Position numbers and translations under genes: made by a program. The notes under the pieces are model-generated. The model had not been told where the DNA came from. It worked only from the letters and a program-made list of their open reading frames with translations, and searched no databases. Source: Octopus sinensis (lineage: Eukaryota). From it: a stretch of 64,000 bases of DNA. Shown piece after piece: positions 1-13,111 of this stretch; position 1 is the stretch's first letter; each line of letters opens with the position of its first letter. Location of the stretch: the NCBI RefSeq assembly GCF_006345805.1, contig NC_043017.1:30566001-30630000 (forward strand). Reading direction: 5' to 3'.

Positions 1-1510
1 TACAGTCCAATGATAGTATCCATAGCCAAAATAATGTCATTTCAAAATATATTGTCGATGAGAAGAAAATTCATCCGTTACTAAGCTCTGAGTGATGCAA
101 GCGATGCTTTTGCGCTATCGATGGAACCAACGCCCGTGTCCTCATTGAAACCATTCGGGTGAGAACGATTTTCAGCTTATATATGACAGAAATTTCGTGT
201 GTCCGAAGTTTATCTTTCGTTAGTCACAACATAAGGAAATCTCAGATCACTTGTACTTTACTGTTCATGATCACACATTTTAGATCTCACTTACATTCAA
301 TCTTCCTCTGTCTCTATTACCCGTGATTGTATACGAATATATATTAATGTATACCTTTTTGCATGTATAAATGAATGCCGTCTAGTTGTATTTCTCCAAG
401 CCCCTAAATTTTTACGACTGTGTGTGTATGAGGGGGAGTGTTTGTATTTGTGTGTGTCTGTGTGTGTGTGCGTTAAATAAATATCAGCCTGAACGAAGTG
501 CATGCGTAAATAGTATCATATAAAACTACTTCACGTTGGTATGCTAGGATTGACGCAGTCTAATGTCTAAACACAGTAAAACAATAGATATATTAAATGG
601 ACCAACCACGAATCACTAGTGAAATAGCCATAGAGCCAATGCTCTATTTAATTAGCTATTTTAACTCCGTACAAGTATAGTGCAGTCCCACACTCAATAC
701 CACAAACCACTTAGTAACAGTAGTAGTGGAACAAACTATATAAATAGCTACAAACATAATAATTTAAAATAAAAGAAAAGAAAAGAAATGTTACAAGCAA
801 GTTTGATGTCTGCCTAATGGTTTCTTAGTTTGGAGTGTTTACATCTATTTGACATCAGAATTCAACTGACAAGACAAAAGTGACCATTTTGTAAACTGAA
901 TATTCAGAGATAGATAAATGTAAGTGCACATACATATACATATCTTGAAGTAAATACATACACAGAGGCATATAAACAGCGAATTTCACATAGTGGTTCG
1001 TAAACGTATGAGACACCTAATGGCTAAGCTAAATTTATAACGCTTGTGTCAAAGAATGTCTTTTGGAAAAAGATGGAGATCAAAATAAGAAGGTGATGTC
1101 CGCATTAAAATTACAGCAGACGATGACGATGTTGCTAGTATAGCTAATCCTGCTCATCATGGTAACGATGACAACGATGAAGACGAAGATGAAGCTATTT
1201 ATGATGACGCTGATGACGATGATAAGGAGAAGGAAGAAGAGTATGGAGAAAGAGGAGTTTTCTTTGATGATGATGATAATGCGATGTTGTTGGTGGGTTT
1301 TATTATGATACTAAGGTGGCGAGGAAGGACAATTAATAACACGTGAGGAAAAATTTGATAAATTTCGAAGATATGAACGTAGAACAGACAAGAATCTAAT
1401 TAAATCTCGTAATTTCTTTTCCAACGTACGGCCAACTTGTTAAAACTTCAAGGAGAAATAGATATCTAATTGTTTTGTTGAAAATTTACACATTCAGGTC
1501 GACTCAGGTA

Positions 1511-1727
1511 TACGAGGGTTTCCTGCAAAGCTCCTAGTTTGTGTATAAAAAGGAAATAGGGGACCATTTTATTATGAACGTATTTGAAATATTCCACTCT
1601 CAGTTTCATACATTTATTGCCGCGGTCCTTAAGTTTTTTTCAGCCCTGTAAAAGAACTCGAAGGGTGGGGCATTCAGACAAGCCATTCCGGACACTCTAA
1701 AAGCCAGGATCTTTTCAGCCCCACATA
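1511..1727. mobile_element. Mariner/Tc1-type MITE (degenerate)
   Basis: Left end TA|CGAGGGTTTCCTGCAAAGCTCCTAGTTT. Right end AAAGCCAGGATCTTTTCAGCCCCACA|TA is its imperfect inverted repeat. TA flanks and TACGAGGG-type termini are typical of mariner elements. Confidence 0.55.
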
Positions 1728-1827
1728 CACACACACTCATACACGTGCAGGCATATACATATATAAATATATATAGTTGATAAAAGAAATGGAAAATGGA
1801 AAATGGATTTAGTACGAAATTTTATGT

Positions 1828-1910
1828 TGCACGACGATCGTTTCGACATATGTGTCTGTCTAATAGGGGTAAGATATTATGGACCTTCTTGCATTGCATC
1901 GATCAGTGCA
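1828..1910 (-). ncRNA. Degenerate type I hammerhead-ribozyme-like motif
   Basis: Minus strand TGCAC-TGATCGA-...-GTC-GAAAC-GATC-GTC-GTGCA gives a 5-bp stem I, a GAAAC/GUC half core and a palindromic stem III loop. The CUGANGA half is off by two indels. Confidence 0.4.
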
Positions 1911-2274
1911 GATTATGTAACTTCAGGTGCTTGGTGTAGGACAAAATAACCCACTAAATATACTGATATCTCCTTGGCATGTTTTTATGACTAGTAGTAC
2001 ATTGGTACCAATGTACAAGTTGCTGGAAAAATATGCCAAGGTAATCTGAATATATCAAGTGAGATATCTTGTACTACACCAAAATATCTAAAGTCATACA
2101 ACCTTCACCGATTGATGCAACAGAAGAAGATGCAAAATACCCTATCCTTAATGGGCAGAAACAGGATGGTTCGAAAACATCGTCGTGCTGAATGAGCATT
2201 CGAATGAAATCCAACTTCGGAGGAATAAAACTCCGTAATAAATATATGTGATTCAGCAGACTTAGAGTACAATG

Positions 2275-2659
2275 GATGGAAGCACTCCATCGGTTACGAC
2301 GACGAGGATTCCGGTTGATCCGATCAACGGAACAGCCTGCTCGTGAAATTAACGTGTAAGTGGCTGAGCACTCCACAGACACGTGTACCCTTAACGTAGT
2401 TCTCGGGGATATTCAGCGTGACACAGAGAGTGACAAGGCCGGCCCTTTGAAATATAGGTACAACAGAAACAGGAAGTAAGAGTGAGAGAAAGTTGTGGTG
2501 AAAGAGTACAGCAGGGATCACCACCATCCCTGTCGGAGCCTGGTGGAGCTTTTTAGGTGTTTTCGCTCAATAAACACTCACAACGCCCGGTCTGGGAATC
2601 GAAACCGCGATCCTACGACCGCGAGTCCGCTGCCCTAACGACTGGGCCATTGCGCCTCC
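2275..2659 (-). mobile_element. tRNA-derived SINE family B, full length (OR1/OR2-like, name unverified)
   Basis: tRNA-like head with A box TGGCCCAGTCGTT and B box GGTTTCGATTCC. 15-bp target-site duplication ACTTAGAGTA(C/T)AATG at 2260-2274 and 2660-2674. Near-identical to 6559-6941. Confidence 0.9.
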
Positions 2660-2850
2660 ACTTAGAGTATAATGCTATGTAGTATAAAATAGATAACGTA
2701 AAATATTAATTATTCCAAGATTAATGCACCTGCATTGAAATTATATATGTTTGTGTCTGAGGAATCGTTGTAATTGTGTTTAATTAAATTAACGATGTCA
2801 AAATACTGGCAAACAAGACGAGAGATTTATGACAGCAAATTGTATAAAAA

Positions 2851-3261
2851 TTCTTTTACTGTTTTCTTTTACGTCGTTCATTCCTTTACCTGCGGCCATT
2901 CTGGTGTACCACTTTTAGTAGAAAAGTGTGTCCAAGTGCTTATTCTTTTTAAACCTAGTACTTATTCTATCGGGTAAAATTTGCCGAACCGCTAATATAC
3001 AGGGATGTAAACACACCAACATCGGTCATCAAGCGATGGTGTGGGGACAAAGATACAGGTTGTCAAGCGATTGCGGGGAGGAAGGCTCAGACACACAAAA
3101 TATATACCTTCCAGGTTCCGTCTACCAAATCCACTCACAAAGATTTGGTCGGCCTGATGCTATAGCAGAAGACACTTGCCCAACTTGCCACGGACTGAGG
3201 CTGAATGCGAACCATGTGGTTGGTAAGCAATTTTCTTACCAAACAACCACACTTTTACGCA
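2851..3261 (-). mobile_element. SINE family A, diverged
   Basis: Matches other family A copies (CTAGTACTTATTCTATCGG, CTACCAAATCCACTCACAA, AACCATGTGGTTGGTAAGC) with many substitutions. Confidence 0.8.
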
Positions 3262-3868
3262 TCTCTTTAGTAATAAACCTTCCGAAATCCTTCAAAATAT
3301 ACTCTTGCCAGTTGTTTTACATGTTAAAATTCTTTGTAATCAGATAATAATATCTTACTTATTCTGGTACTACCTTAATTAAGCGAAGCACGCGCGCCCA
3401 GTCACAGGTATTAATGAGACGTGCTTACAGACACAGGTGAGCTTGGAGAAAATGTCAGGTGAAAGTGATTTACATAGGAAACGTCAATTAACTGCTCAGG
3501 AAACATGTCAGACGTCATCCCATGTATTGTCTTCAATTAGCGTCATCAGCACAGAAACGTCCGACTTGAGTGAATACAGACGGGAGACTAATCAGATCTA
3601 GAAAGCGCTGAGGGACACAACTCAAAGTGACGTGAATTTCGAGGACAATGACGAAAAGAAATGATCGAAACACCCTAGAAGGAGAGAGAATCTGCAGGAA
3701 TTAACGTTTCCCTAGTATTACCATTGTATAAATCCAGGTGAACTCTTCACCACACGGTAACTTACTCATAAACATTTGCACACACACACGTAAAGGGAGT
3801 GAAACATTCCAATTAAAAACAATGTAATCTATAAACCATTTGAGATGGAATAATGAAGCGCTAGAGGG

Positions 3869-4237
3869 TTTTCAAATTTTGGCACAAGTCCAGCAGGTTT
3901 GGGGAAGGAGTTAGATCGATTACATCGACCTCTGTGTTCAACTGGTACGTATTTCATCGTACCCTAAAGGAAGAAAAGGCAAAGTAATCCCAGGTGGAAT
4001 TTGAACTCAGAACGTAAAGACCGACGAAATACCTATTTCTTTACTACCAACAAAGGGGCTAAACACAGAGAGGACAAACAAGGACAGGCAAATGGATTAA
4101 GTCGATTATATCGACATCAGTGCCTAGCTAGTACTTATTTAATCGACTCCGAAAGGATGAAAGGCAAACTCGACCTCGGCGGAATTTGAACTCACAGCGT
4201 AACGGCAGACGAATTACCTCTAAGCATTTCTCCCGCC
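3869..4237 (-). mobile_element. SINE family C, partial dimer
   Basis: Two tandem reverse-complement copies of the GAGTTCAAATTCC...GCCTTTCATCCTTTCGG core joined by GTAGTAAAGAAATAGGTATTTCGTC. Confidence 0.8.
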
Positions 4238-4487
4238 TTAGAAACAAATGCAATATTAATTCAAATAGCAAGGAGACAATGTGGAAGGATCGTTAACACA
4301 CCGAGAATAATGATTAACAGCCTTTTGCCCGTCTTAAGGTTCTGAGTTCAAATTGTGCTTCAAATTGACACATATGAGACAGCTCATATTTATCTGTCGG
4401 AAACAAACGTAGAGCAGAATTTTAAGTGTTGAAAATTACTAAAGGTTTGCAAGATATAGCTTCTATATACCCATGTATACCGTTAAT

Positions 4488-4537
<50 letters not shown>

Positions 4538-5437
4538 TGTGTAAGTCATAAGCGTAATAAATTAGAATAATTTACTTGCAGTGCTTCGCAGGCATAATAA
4601 AAGTCATAAGACAATATATTTTCATATATATAAGATTGTATAAGGATATATACACAAAGAGAAGACCCATGGCATGACATCTCATATGCTAAAAAGTGCA
4701 ATTAAACCCAAACCATGAAAACATTATTTTAAAATCACGCCGGTAAAGCCCTATATTGAAAAAAATTGTTATTTTTAGTTAATCCCATACTCGAGTTTCC
4801 CTATTAATGAGCAAACAAATTAACTTGTCATCGGTAGTTCACCAGTGTCATCGCTAAGACAATGCATAATGATGCAGCCACTACGTACCGAAAAGACTCG
4901 TACGAGCTGCATACTTATAACATTTTGAATTCAGATCACGCGCATTCACATATGCAGAAGCAAATAATTAGTTTTAAACTGTGCACTATAAGCCTCAGAA
5001 TTAGGAAGTTTTACTATGTAAATCATAAGAGTAAAATATTAGAATAATTTATTACAAGTGGTTCGCATAGGTAATAAAGATATATTCACAAAGAGAAGAC
5101 CCATGGCAGGTCTTCTTACATGATAAAAAGGGCAGTTAAACCCAAACCACGAAAGTGTAACAGAAATCGAGCAACGAGCAAAGAGCGAAATCTGCTAAAG
5201 AGAATTAAGGGAGTAATCTAAACATTCGAAATCATATAATACAAGGGTACTTATTGTCTCATTCTGCAGCTATCAGCTGCGATGGTTTGTGAATTTCTTT
5301 TTTCGGTGCTTCATCTCTAACGGCCTGTTATGTTTTCAGTGAATTGGTAGCTTATTAGAGGATATTTCGACTCGTATTTTACAGCAACAGTGGTACATCG
5401 TCTGCTCTCAATAACAATTATTAATTAATCATAATAT

Positions 5438-5484
<47 letters not shown>

Positions 5485-5513
5485 CATATATTCATGCATA
5501 CATACATATATTA

Positions 5514-5896
5514 TTTACTCTTTTATTCTTGTACATGATAGAGCACCGCTTTTAGTAGAACAAATTGAATCCAGGACTTATTCTATGCAAGCCTAGTACT
5601 TATTCTATCGGTTTCTTTTGCCGAACTGCTAAGTTTCGGGGACATTAATACACTAACATTGTGGAGATAAGTGATGGAGGCAGGGACAAACACAGACTCA
5701 AACACACACACAAATATACATGCATACATATATATACGACGTGCTTCTTTCGGTTTCCGTCTACCAAATCCACTCACAAGGCTTTAGACATCACGAGGCT
5801 ATAGTAGAAGACACTTGCCCAAGATGTAAGTGAGATTGAACCCAAAACCAGGTGGTTGAGAGGCAAGCTTCTTACCACACAGCCACGCCTGTGCCT
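5514..5896 (-). mobile_element. SINE family A
   Basis: Family A body with internal (CA)/(TA) tract. tRNA-like head at the 5896 end. Confidence 0.85.
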
Positions 5897-6558
5897 ATAT
5901 ATAAATATACATATACTTATGAGTGAAGAACAGAATTCTTTAAGCATTTCCTGTGTAGCAAGAATTATTATTGAGCATATCCTTTCTATTGTACCATTCA
6001 ACGCATAAGATTGGCATCTTATATAAAATACCACCAATGGAAATCACAAGATGTCGGTTTGTAATCAATATAAAATGCCATCTGTGGAAGGATTTCAGTG
6101 GAAATTAAATGAAAAAAAAGAGAAACATCCGATTTGTTAAATTGTTTCAACCTAGAAAATGTTAGTAGAATGTTGTGATCAAAAGAAAGCAGACGTTTGA
6201 TGCAATACGATAATGTAAAATTAGCATTTATGTAAGCTTCCTCAAGACTGCACTGATCCAGAAGTCTTATGAGAACATTCTTTCCGTTCGCAGCCATTTT
6301 GTTTTAACTTCAATCATATTATTTCTAGTAAAACATTTTCCTATGTGTTCTGTATGTTTCTAAGATTTTTGAGTGCGATAAGATTTCTCAGATTTTACAG
6401 TACGATACAAATTCAAGCCGGTTGAACGACTAGGTTAAAATATATTTTTTAACTGACTCATTTGTATCATGTTCCCAAAGCCATACAAAGTAACAGACCA
6501 AGATAATCGAGTGTTCCCAGCATAAATCCGGTTTTAGTTTCTGTAAACTTACTACGGT

Positions 6559-6941
6559 GGAGGTGCAATGGCCCAGTGGTTAGGGCAGCGGACTCGCTGT
6601 CGTAGGATCGCGGTTCCGATTCCCAGACCGGGCGTTGTGAGTGTTTATTGAGCGAAAACACCTAAAGCTCCACGAGGCTCTGGCAGGGGATGGTGGTGAT
6701 CCCTGCTGTACTCTTTCACCACAACTTTCTCTCACTCTTACTTCCTGTTTCTGTTGTACCTGTATTTCAAAGGGCCGGCCTTGTCACTCTCTGTGTCACG
6801 CTGAATATCTCCGAGAACTTCGTTAAGGTTACAGTTGTCTGTGGAGTGCTCAGCCACTTACACGTTAATTTCACGAGCAGGCTGTTCCGTTGATCGGATC
6901 AACCGGAACCCTCGTCGTCGTAACCGACGGAGTGCTTCCAT
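6559..6941 (+). mobile_element. tRNA-derived SINE family B, full length
   Basis: GGAGGTGCAATGGCCCAGTGGTTAGGG head with A and B boxes. Perfect 15-bp TSD TAAACTTACTACGGT at 6544-6558 and 6942-6956. Confidence 0.92.
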
Positions 6942-7474
6942 TAAACTTACTACGGTAAGCAGATTTAGTACTATGAAATCTGGCAAGAGATGCGATGGAT
7001 GTTAGCATAGAGTCTTATTTATTTATTTATTTATTTAATTATTTATTACTTCGCAAGCATTGTAAATATGGTTGTTAACTATCTCATTCGTTAAAGGCGA
7101 TGGAATCAGAAATGAAATACCTGCAACAAAAAGTACTGATTTTGGACTAAAAGTGTAAACAAATATTTACAAAAACTTACACGCGATAGTGAAGACATGA
7201 CAAAACATGGCAGAACCCATCAGGAAAAGAGAAGAATCGACTCCAGTACAGGACTAGCAATTTATTTATCGAACCTGCAAAGCAGGAAAAAGTAAGTTAC
7301 CAGCGGAAGTGACATTGAACGGACACCGCAGAGAGTCACATCAATTCACGGAAAGCAATTTATCCGACGTCCAAACACATTTCATAATCGTTGGTTTTGT
7401 GACACGTTTATTACAGACACCAATAGAAAACTTATTATGTTGCTGAAGAAAGAAACGTTTAATAATAAACGTTT

Positions 7475-8039
7475 GAAGGCGGCGAGCTGGCAGAAACGTT
7501 AACACGCCGGGCGAAATGCGTAGCCGTATTTCGTCTGCCGTTACGTCCTGAGTTCAAATTCTGCTGAGGTCGACTTTGCCTTTCATTATTTCGGGGTCGA
7601 TTAAATAAATACCAGTTATACACTGGGGTCGATGTAATCGACTTAATCCGTTTGTCCTCTCTGTGTTTCGCTCCTTGTGGGTAGTAAAGAAATAGATTTT
7701 TCGTCTGCCGCTACGTTCTGAGTTCAAATTACACCGAGGTCGACTTTGCCTTTCATCTTTTCGGGGTCGATTAAATAATTACCAGTTACGTACTGGAGTC
7801 GATGTAATCGACTTAATCTGTTTGTCTGTCCTTGTTTGTCCCCTCTGTGTTTAGCCCCTTTGTGGGTAGTAAAGAAATAGGTATTTCGTCTGCCATTACG
7901 TTCTACCTTTCATCATTTCGGGGTCGATAAATTAAGTACCAGTTACGCAGTGAGGGATCGATGAAATCGACTTAATCCCTTTGTCTGTCATTGGTTGTCC
8001 CCTGTATGGTTAGCCGGTTGTGGTCAATAAACAAGAAAT
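7475..8039 (+). mobile_element. SINE family C, one head plus three tandem body units
   Basis: GGCGGCGAGCTGGCAGAA head, then units starting near 7526, 7695 and 7881, each with the GCCTTTCAT..TTCGGGGTCGAT core. Confidence 0.85.
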
Positions 8040-8368
8040 TTAATAATAGTGCTTTACTACTTATAATAATCACATGCTGCTCGTAATTGCATATACGTGC
8101 TATTATTGTCAAATACGTTTAACATGCGCGTTTTTATTTCATAGTAGTAACGTATATCAAACACTAATAAAAACGTTTTATGCATGCATCTTTAATCAGT
8201 GCCGGGATAAATTGAAAAAGCTATATAATTTGTTGTTAAGTGAAGATAAATTTCCTGTGCCAGTGCAATGCAAAATATAGATATTCTGGTGAGTTTCTTA
8301 TCTATTCTACGACAGAGATTTCAAATTTAGTAATAAAAATTGGTGAATAACTATAGTATATATATATA

Positions 8369-8409
<41 letters not shown>

Positions 8410-8419
8410 CGTGTGTGTG

Positions 8420-8466
<47 letters not shown>

Positions 8467-8973
8467 AATTTACAAAAAAAACAAAAGACGAAAGCGGGAT
8501 TGCATGTATATATATATATATCTATATGAATACGTATGCATATGCATATGAATACACATACACACACTCACACACACACACATATATATATACGTACGTG
8601 TGTGTATACCATTTTTGAGTGTAGATACACAGGTTGTCCATAAATTACAACTTCAATACTTTAAAAATTCATATTGTAAAGGTACTTTATACACACACAG
8701 AAAATTGAACACACACGTCCACGTGTGTACACGCGTGTGCATACGGGTGTATGTATGTCCACGCGCGGGCGGGCAGACGTGTAATAGACATAGTTTAAAT
8801 GAGAGACGAACAATACCTGAGAAAATAACTATATAAATAAAGCATATACGTAATTACACAAGTGGAAACGCCTGCACGAGGAGAAATGTGCCTCTCCATA
8901 GCTACACAGGTATATATACATGCATGTAGAAGTGAGGTAGGCGAAAAGAATCAATTCAAAGTTGAGTATGGTA

Positions 8974-9200
8974 TACTCTCTTTTACTCTTGTACTTTTTT
9001 CAGTCATGTGACTGTGGCCATGCTGGAGCACCGCCTTTAGTCGAGCAAATCGCCCCCAGGACTTATTCTTTGGAAGCCTAGTACTTATTCTATCCGTCTC
9101 TTTCGCTGAACCGCTAAGTTACGGGGACGTAAACACACCAGCGTCGGTTGTCAAGTGATGTTGGGGGGACAAACACATACACACACATACTTATATATAT

Positions 9201-9259
<59 letters not shown>

Positions 9260-9429
9260 CATATACAATGGGCTTCTTTCAGTTTCCGTCTACCAAATCC
9301 ACTCATAAGATTTTGGTCGGCCCGAGGCTATAGCAGGAGGCACTTGCCCAAGATGCCACGCAGTGGGACTGAACCCGGAACCATGTGGTTGGTAAGCAAG
9401 CTACTTACCACACAGCTACTCCTGCGCCT
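8974..9429 (-). mobile_element. SINE family A, full length
   Basis: Head AGGCGCAGGAGTAGCTGTGTGGTAAG...GGGTTCAGTCCC (A and B boxes), internal (TA)n, (AAGAGTA)-like tail. Confidence 0.9.
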
Positions 9430-9623
9430 ATAAGTATATAAATGTGTATGTATATGAGTGTGTACGTATATTAGCACAAATGAACATGTGAATGTATATT
9501 TCAAATATTATTACTATTTCTTTTTTTCCATTAGGATTGCTGTCTTCAGATCTAATAAGTATAATCGCGTATTTTCGTGTTCAAATTTGAATACTCCATT
9601 CTATCTTAAGTAACTTTGAAACT

Positions 9624-10020
9624 TACTCTCTTTACTCCTTACTCTTTTACTTGCTTCAGTCATGTGACTGTGGCCATGCTGCAGCAGCGCCTTTAGTCGA
9701 TCAAATCGCCCCCAGGACTTATTCTTTATAAGCCTAGTACTTATTTCATCGGTATCTCTATTGACGAACCGCTAAGTCACGGCGACGTAAACACAGCAGC
9801 ATCGGTTGTCAAGTGATGTTGCGGGGACAAACACAGAGACGCAAACACACACACACACACACAACACACACACACACATATATATATATCACCGTGATCA
9901 CCGTGACCGACCAGACCATCAGATGTTGCTACATATCGCTGGTCACAATGCGTTCGCATTGTTTTAGCCTTCGAAGGACGCCACCCTGCTGGCTAAGCGA
10001 GCAGGCCACATATATATATA

Positions 10021-10075
<55 letters not shown>

Positions 10076-10139
10076 CATATATATATACGACTGGCTTCTT
10101 TCAGTTTCCGTCTACTAAATCCACTCACAAGGCTTTGGT
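9624..10139 (-). mobile_element. SINE family A, 5'-truncated, with nested insert
   Basis: Body and tail match family A; similarity stops at CACAAGGCTTTGGT. A 119-bp foreign segment sits inside the internal microsatellite. Confidence 0.85.
9890..10008 (-). mobile_element. Short GC-rich insert, probable 5'-truncated retroposon 3' end
   Basis: Non-microsatellite segment inside (TA)n. On the minus strand it ends in a tandem (CACGGTGAT)x2 tail. Confidence 0.5.
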
Positions 10140-12004
10140 TCCGTCATTAATTCGTTCTAAAATTGTGTAAATACATACAAAACTTTCAGAAGCGTAACAA
10201 CACCAGCAGCGCAGCAGCAGCAGTAGCAACATCGACAATAATAACAGTAAACGTATTAATTCTATATATACATACATATATACTTTAAACCTCTCCAAGC
10301 TTCTAAACATCTTCCAAATATCTAACACACTTTGTAATTATGAGTACGTCTGACCTCGTGTGTGAGTATGCACCTATTTTTGCTAATGCTTGTATGAGCG
10401 CTCGTACACGCTTTGCTGCTTGCCAGAGGGCGTTTATACATCCATATCGGTTAACGACTATTTTCAATACTTTTCTCGCTGGATTAAGTGTTCGTTTCTC
10501 TTTTTGTCTTCTGTAATGTTATTTTTGGATCGTCTATATATATATATATATTAAGAATTTTCCACCATCTAGCTGCTTTTTCTCTCTACAAAACAAATAG
10601 TTTCATTATGTAACATTCATTTTGACGAGATATTTTTTATTTGTTTATCACCCGAGAGGATACGTCACCACCGAATACTCCTGAACCAGTTTTTGTGTGT
10701 CCCACAAGATGAGTCGATGCTGGATGTGTCGAAACAATTGTTGAGATTAATAATATATTCTCGTATATTCCATCTTCTGTATTTCATTTGTTATATATGT
10801 ATATATAGAAATGGCAAGACAACAAAAGAATGAGAGAGACCTTGATATTACATAAATGGAGGAATTTATCTGTAAATATAGTCTACAGAATGATTGTCGC
10901 ATATTATATTTGTGTATGTGTTTGTGTGTGTGTGTTTTCGTGTGTAACAAGATGAACATTATGAATTACATTTATTTCGATTGAAAGTGACCAATATATA
11001 GGACTGCCGGAGAGTAGCGCTAATATGATGTTGAGCCAGAGACACATATTAATAATATAATTTAAGATCAAACATTGGATTTCGGTTAACGAACTTTATA
11101 TATCCGCGCTTCTACACCTCTTTAGATATAAATGATATCACGGCTTTCAAATGTCAAAAAAAAAAAAACACACCAAGTAAAAGTCAATAATAAAATAGTA
11201 TAAAATGCAACAGGGCCTGCCCAGAAAATGTATATAAAAAATCGACTACAAATTATATAAAAAAAGATTATTACAGTAAGTAATTTAAAGAGAATAGGGC
11301 ACAAAATAAAATTGAACCCAACTATGAAAATTAGATAGAAAATGTAAAAGCTGTAGATGTAGTCCGTGATAGCTGAATCCAAAAGATAAATGAATCCAAA
11401 CAGTTAACTAATCCACGTCTTTGCGAATCATTCCAAAATGTAATTTAACGTCCAACATATATGAACATTTCGAGAGTTCATTGCCTTTGCTTCCACGCAC
11501 GCTATACGCACCTTAGGCACATAAACACATACACACATATACATACATGCAAATAAACATACAGAATTATACGTGTGTATATGTGTAGACATTTTAGTCA
11601 TTCTTAGTATGCATTTGTTTCTATATCCAAGAGTTATTGTGTAACTACGAGTGTAAATATATCTTCATCAAAGACTAAATTCTGTGAAATATAATTCAAT
11701 TACATGCAAATCTAATACAATTACAAAGAAACTAAAATGCATCAAAATATATGATACACCGGAGATATATTATTTAACAGAAATATATTTGTTCCTTACC
11801 TTTTAGACAAAATTATCATTGCATTGAATTTAAGTTCATTAAAGCGCAAAGCGAATATCATTTAATGAAATAAAATAAATATAAGATCGAAAATAAGAAG
11901 ACAAAGATGATATTTGAAATAAAAAGGTTGTGAAAAATAACAAGATGGCATACAGATCAACAAATAGCACAAAATATGAAAGTGTTGATATATACATGTA
12001 TGTA

Positions 12005-12119
<115 letters not shown>

Positions 12120-12539
12120 CATATCTATATACGTATATATATATATGTGTGTGTGTGTGTTTATGAGTGTATATACATTCACACATTCATACACATAAAC
12201 ACATATACAGACATTTATATGTATAGATACACATATACATAAATTTAATATAATTCTACTATATTACAATACACACACTAGCACATGTGAATGAGTGCGT
12301 AATGTTCACAGAAGACGACAATTCAGTCCAAGGTTGCTTGGCATCTGCTACATGAACTTGGGAGCGACATTTTTTAAATTTCTCTTTGCCGCCAACGGTA
12401 TTCAGTGCTACTCATATTGTCAAATCTTATCTGTTCTTCTGTATAAATCGATGTTTCTTTTTTTTTTTTTTTTTTGATAAATTATGAAATATCTATTAGC
12501 TGAGATTAAAGTTATTGGATTGTTAGAATGTTTACTGTT

Positions 12540-12880
12540 TTGGCAAAAGGCCTTATATCATTTACTCCGGCTATGTTCTAAGTTCATATTTTGCCGTGAT
12601 CAACAATATATTTCATCCTTCATGTCGCGATAAAAAAACTTATCAGTGAAATATTTGGTTAATCTTATTTACAAATCCACCACCGAATTTATATCCTTGC
12701 AACGGGTGAAGACTAATCATGAAAAAATGGTCCAACAGAAATCTGAAATCATTTGCTGATATATTTGATCTCATCAATAATCCAAAATTGTTTGAGTCGG
12801 CCATTACAACTCTCGTTATTATAAAAATAGCGAACTTAGCAATCACAGCATTTTATACAATGCAAAACATCGCTTCCTTA
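12540..12880 (-). pseudogene. Possible very old non-LTR RT relic (R4-like)
   Basis: Translation ...FMISLHPLQGYKFGGGFVNKINQIFH loosely resembles the RT segment LF..SL.PL..GYK...KINHLF.MDD. No intact YxDD. Confidence 0.25.
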
Positions 12881-13111
12881 TCATTTGAATCCTAGTCCGT
12901 ATGTCAGAAAATTTTAACTGAACAATACTGTAAGGTCTATGGAATAAAATTTACTGTCTCCATTTTTCATGTTTAGGATAGTTTTCGACTGTAACTTATT
13001 TTGTTTTTGTTGTCTGGAAAGTCATCCATGTCATTTAACTCACGTTCCCTGTCCTATTGATTAAATGTATTATGTGGAACTAAATTACGTTACTGTCACG
13101 TTTTATTTGCT

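Noticed and set aside
2324-2527. Repeated 67-aa ORF MVVIPAVLFHH (also 6690-6893)
   Set aside because: It lies inside SINE family B copies; repetition reflects the SINE, not a gene family.
6559-6640. tRNA gene
   Set aside because: The tRNA-like head continues into a SINE body with a TSD and has no proper acceptor stem or terminator.
10673-10746. Further hammerhead relic (AATACTC...GAAAC-AATT-GTT-GAG)
   Set aside because: The 3' half fits, but no acceptable CUGANGA or stem II is present; too degenerate to call.
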